37,161 nt of DNA, from IMG/VR virus record IMGVR_UViG_3300042297_000348, positions 1 through 37,161 of that record, one strand, 5' to 3'. Positions 34,544-37,161 of the stretch are shown one piece after another. The stretch comes from a virus (Duplodnaviria; Caudoviricetes). The notes beneath the pieces were generated by a model. That model did no database searches and was not told the origin of the DNA. It saw nothing but the letters and a program-made list of their open reading frames with translations. The position numbers and the translations under genes are program-made. The first letter of the stretch is position 1. Every line of letters begins with the position of its first letter.

Positions 34544-37161
34544 ATGTCGTCTTGTGACCAGCCCAATTGGTGTACGCCGCCTAATTTCGATGTTATTTTC
34601 CCCGATTTAATCGGACCTACTGGCGCGTCAGGTCCAACAGGACCAACCGGACCAACGGGTCCACAAGGCAGCACTGGCCCAACGGGCACCACTGGTCCAA
34701 CGGGTACTACAGGCCCCACAGGCACGACGGGACCCACTGGCACCACCGGACCTACCGGAACTACAGGACCCACCGGACCTACTGGTCCTACTGGCCCTAG
34801 CGGCACTACAGGCCCAACAGGCCCAACTGGCCCAACTGGGCCAACAGGACCATCAGGCACAACGGGTCCTACCGGACCAACTGGTCCTAGCGGTATTCAA
34901 GGAACTACTGGACCTACGGGCACCACTGGCCCGACAGGGCCTACTGGTCCGTCCGGTCCAACGGGACCGACAGGTCCTTCTGGCACGACTGGACCGACAG
35001 GAACCACGGGTCCGACTGGCCCGATTGGTGAAACAGGCCCTATTGGTACTACAGGCCCCACGGGATTACAAGGTCCTACCGGATTGCAGGGCACTACAGG
35101 TCCTACAGGCGTTATTGGGCCGACAGGCCCAGTAGGTACGACGGGTCCTACAGGTATTCAAGGTCCTTCTGGAACCACAGGACCAACAGGTCCTAGTGGT
35201 ACTACGGGTCCCACCGGAACTACGGGTCCAACAGGTACTACTGGACCGACTGGTACAACGGGACCAACGGGATTGCAGGGAACAACCGGACCAACTGGTA
35301 TTCAGGGTCCCGAAGGTGTTACTGGAGCTACTGGTATTGTTGGGCCGAGCGGGCCTACGGGTCCGCAAGGTACTACAGGTCCTACGGGAACCACTGGTCC
35401 TACGGGTCCAACGGGTCCCCAAGGGACAACTGGGCCAACTGGTACGACAGGCCCAACCGGACCTAGCGGTCCAACAGGCCCTACGGGTCCTCAGGGTGGC
35501 ACGGGAGCTACCGGACCTGCTGGTACGGCTAATGCCCACCAATCCGTTAATTTCGTTCTACAGGGTCAAACCGCATCCACCTATTTCGCTGGTTCTCTTG
35601 GCGCTGATGGTGGTTATGGCGTTGGCGCTTACATTGAGGCCGATGCTAACGGTGCTCTTGGTCTAATTGATGGGCAAACCGCTGCGGTTGGCAATCGGTT
35701 GATCATTGATGACCGGACTAACCCCATTGAGAACGGTATCTACACCGTTACTAGCCTTGGTTCGCCCTCAACCAAGTATCGCTTTACTCGCGCTACCGAC
35801 TTTGACAATCATATCGCTCAACAGGTTGAGTACGGCGACTTTGCGTTCGTTCTAACAGGCACTAGCTTTGCTGGCGCTACGATGATTCAGTTCCTTACTG
35901 GTACTGGCGTCAATGGCAGCATCATTATCGGTACTGATGGCATTAACTTTACCCGCACGGGTGGTCTTGGAGCCACTGGTGCTACCGGAGCTACGGGTGT
36001 GCAGGGTGCTGGTGGTGCTCTTGGTTATTGGGGTTCTTTTTGGGATACCACCGATCAAACCCCCGTTGCAATCAATACCCCGCAAGCCGTTACGCTTAAT
36101 AGCTCCGATGCGGCCAATAATGGTGTTACCGTGGCTTCTAGCAGCCAAGTAACCTTTGAGTATCAAGGCGTTTACAGCATTACATTCTCGATTCAACTGA
36201 CCAACCGCAGCACGGCATCTGGTACGTCGCAATTCTTCCTTAAAAAGAACGGAGCCATCCTTTCGGATACGAATTCCCATTACGACGTTCCCGACAAGCA
36301 AGGGAGCGATTTCTCGTCGCAAATCCTGACCGTCAATTTTGTACTGTCGCTGTCAGCTACCGATTACATTCAGCTTTTCTGGCAAACAACCAACGCGAAC
36401 GTCTCACTGGAAACGATTCCCGCTAACGCTACGTATCCGCGCACTCCTTCGGTTATCCTCACCGCTACACAGGTGATGTACACCCAAATTGGGCCATCCG
36501 GTGCTACCGGACCACAAGGTCCAACTGGCCCGATTGGTATTACGGGTGCAACAGGTATCCAAGGCCCAACGGGCTTACAAGGACCGACTGGTCCACAAGG
36601 ATTGACCGGAGCTACTGGTCCGCAAGGGGCATCCGGTATTGATGGCGCTACGGGCGTTACCGGAGCTACAGGACCACAGGGTATTGAGGGTCCCCAAGGA
36701 ACCACGGGAGCTACTGGTGTGCAAGGACCACAAGGCAGCACGGGTGTTACTGGTGTACAGGGTGCTACCGGAGCCGTTGGCTCGACAGGCCCACAAGGTA
36801 CAACAGGTGCTACTGGCCCACAGGGGTCAACAGGCGCACAGGGCAGCACTGGCGTACAGGGACCAACCGGAGCGCAGGGCGTAACAGGGCCACAGGGCAC
36901 AACCGGACCAACAGGCGTACAAGGCCCAGTGGGTCTTACGGGTGCTACTGGAGCGCAGGGTATTCAGGGTTTGACGGGTCCTACCGGACCCACAGGCCCA
37001 CAAGGGGCTACGGGCGCTGCTAATGCGTCAGGAACCACGAACTACGTCGCTAAGTTCACCGCTGCTACCACCCTTGGTAATAGCATCATTTTTGATAACG
37101 GAACCAACGTCGGTATAGGTACTACTAGCCCCGGTCAGAAATTAGATGTTAGGGGAACTCT
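34544..37161 (+). CDS. very long collagen-like fibre protein, truncated by window end (not in ORF track)
   Basis: Hand translation: [13 protein letters not shown], about 101 G-X-Y triplets (34613-35521), a fibre domain (IDGQ...[17 protein letters not shown]...FTRATDFD), a C1q/BclA-like domain ([12 protein letters not shown]...[10 protein letters not shown]...DYIQLFW), about 59 more triplets (36491-37021), then [15 protein letters not shown]. No in-frame stop found. Confidence 0.9.
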   Translation, partial: MSSCDQPNWCTPPNFDVIFPDLIGPTGASGPTGPTGPTGPQGSTGPTGTTGPTGTTGPTGTTGPTGTTGPTGTTGPTGPTGPTGPSGTTGPTGPTGPTGPTGPSGTTGPTGPTGPSGIQGTTGPTGTTGPTGPTGPSGPTGPTGPSGTTGPTGTTGPTGPIGETGPIGTTGPTGLQGPTGLQGTTGPTGVIGPTGPVGTTGPTGIQGPSGTTGPTGPSGTTGPTGTTGPTGTTGPTGTTGPTGLQGTTGPTGIQGPEGVTGATGIVGPSGPTGPQGTTGPTGTTGPTGPTGPQGTTGPTGTTGPTGPSGPTGPTGPQGGTGATGPAGTANAHQSVNFVLQGQTASTYFAGSLGADGGYGVGAYIEADANGALGLIDGQTAAVGNRLIIDDRTNPIENGIYTVTSLGSPSTKYRFTRATDFDNHIAQQVEYGDFAFVLTGTSFAGATMIQFLTGTGVNGSIIIGTDGINFTRTGGLGATGATGATGVQGAGGALGYWGSFWDTTDQTPVAINTPQAVTLNSSDAANNGVTVASSSQVTFEYQGVYSITFSIQLTNRSTASGTSQFFLKKNGAILSDTNSHYDVPDKQGSDFSSQILTVNFVLSLSATDYIQLFWQTTNANVSLETIPANATYPRTPSVILTATQVMYTQIGPSGATGPQGPTGPIGITGATGIQGPTGLQGPTGPQGLTGATGPQGASGIDGATGVTGATGPQGIEGPQGTTGATGVQGPQGSTGVTGVQGATGAVGSTGPQGTTGATGPQGSTGAQGSTGVQGPTGAQGVTGPQGTTGPTGVQGPVGLTGATGAQGIQGLTGPTGPTGPQGATGAANASGTTNYVAKFTAATTLGNSIIFDNGTNVGIGTTSPGQKLDVRGT

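Noticed and set aside
34528-34557. ATG 34528 as start of the last fibre gene
   Set aside because: It reaches TGA after 9 codons and lies within the promoter. ATG 34544 opens the collagen frame.
34531-36900. Minus-strand PVG-repeat ORFs and off-frame Arg/Ser-rich ORFs (also at 15277-17075)
   Set aside because: Reverse-complement or frameshifted read-outs of the collagen repeats.
1-37161. CRISPR array, tRNA, integrase/transposase, reverse transcriptase/DGR, alternative genetic code
   Set aside because: No repeat-spacer periodicity, cloverleaf or catalytic motifs were seen by eye, and genes are intact under the standard code. A tRNAscan/Infernal run would be needed to exclude RNA genes fully.

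Overview
The window is a contiguous piece of a tailed dsDNA phage genome (Caudoviricetes). It is probably podovirus-like: no tape measure, sheath or long-tail tube gene is visible, and tail-tubular/nozzle-like and ejection-protein-like genes are present. From left to right: a non-coding repeat/C-tract region (1-500); small leftward genes (membrane peptide, HNH, DUF4031-like); a divergent operator region; a multi-HTH regulator; probable TerS, clear TerL, Cys-rich small proteins, portal and scaffold; three glycosyltransferase (GT) genes where the capsid gene would normally be; collagen-like fibre genes, one with a pectate-lyase-like beta-helix; adaptor/nozzle/collar genes; a GNAT; three ejection-type proteins; a KTSC gene; a methyltransferase and a GT-B enzyme; an inverted, displaced probable major capsid gene with its own promoter, long leader and terminator; and a >872-codon collagen fibre gene (34544 to window end) that is missing from the ORF track. 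The strongest leads are a candidate virion-glycosylation system acting on Thr-rich collagen fibres and/or the capsid, a recurring leaderless-promoter architecture, a structured capsid-gene leader, a Cys-x-Pro-Pro fibre N-terminal motif, and a KTSC-like domain hidden in an ejection protein. All family calls are by-eye motif or synteny recognition. No database search or folding program was run.
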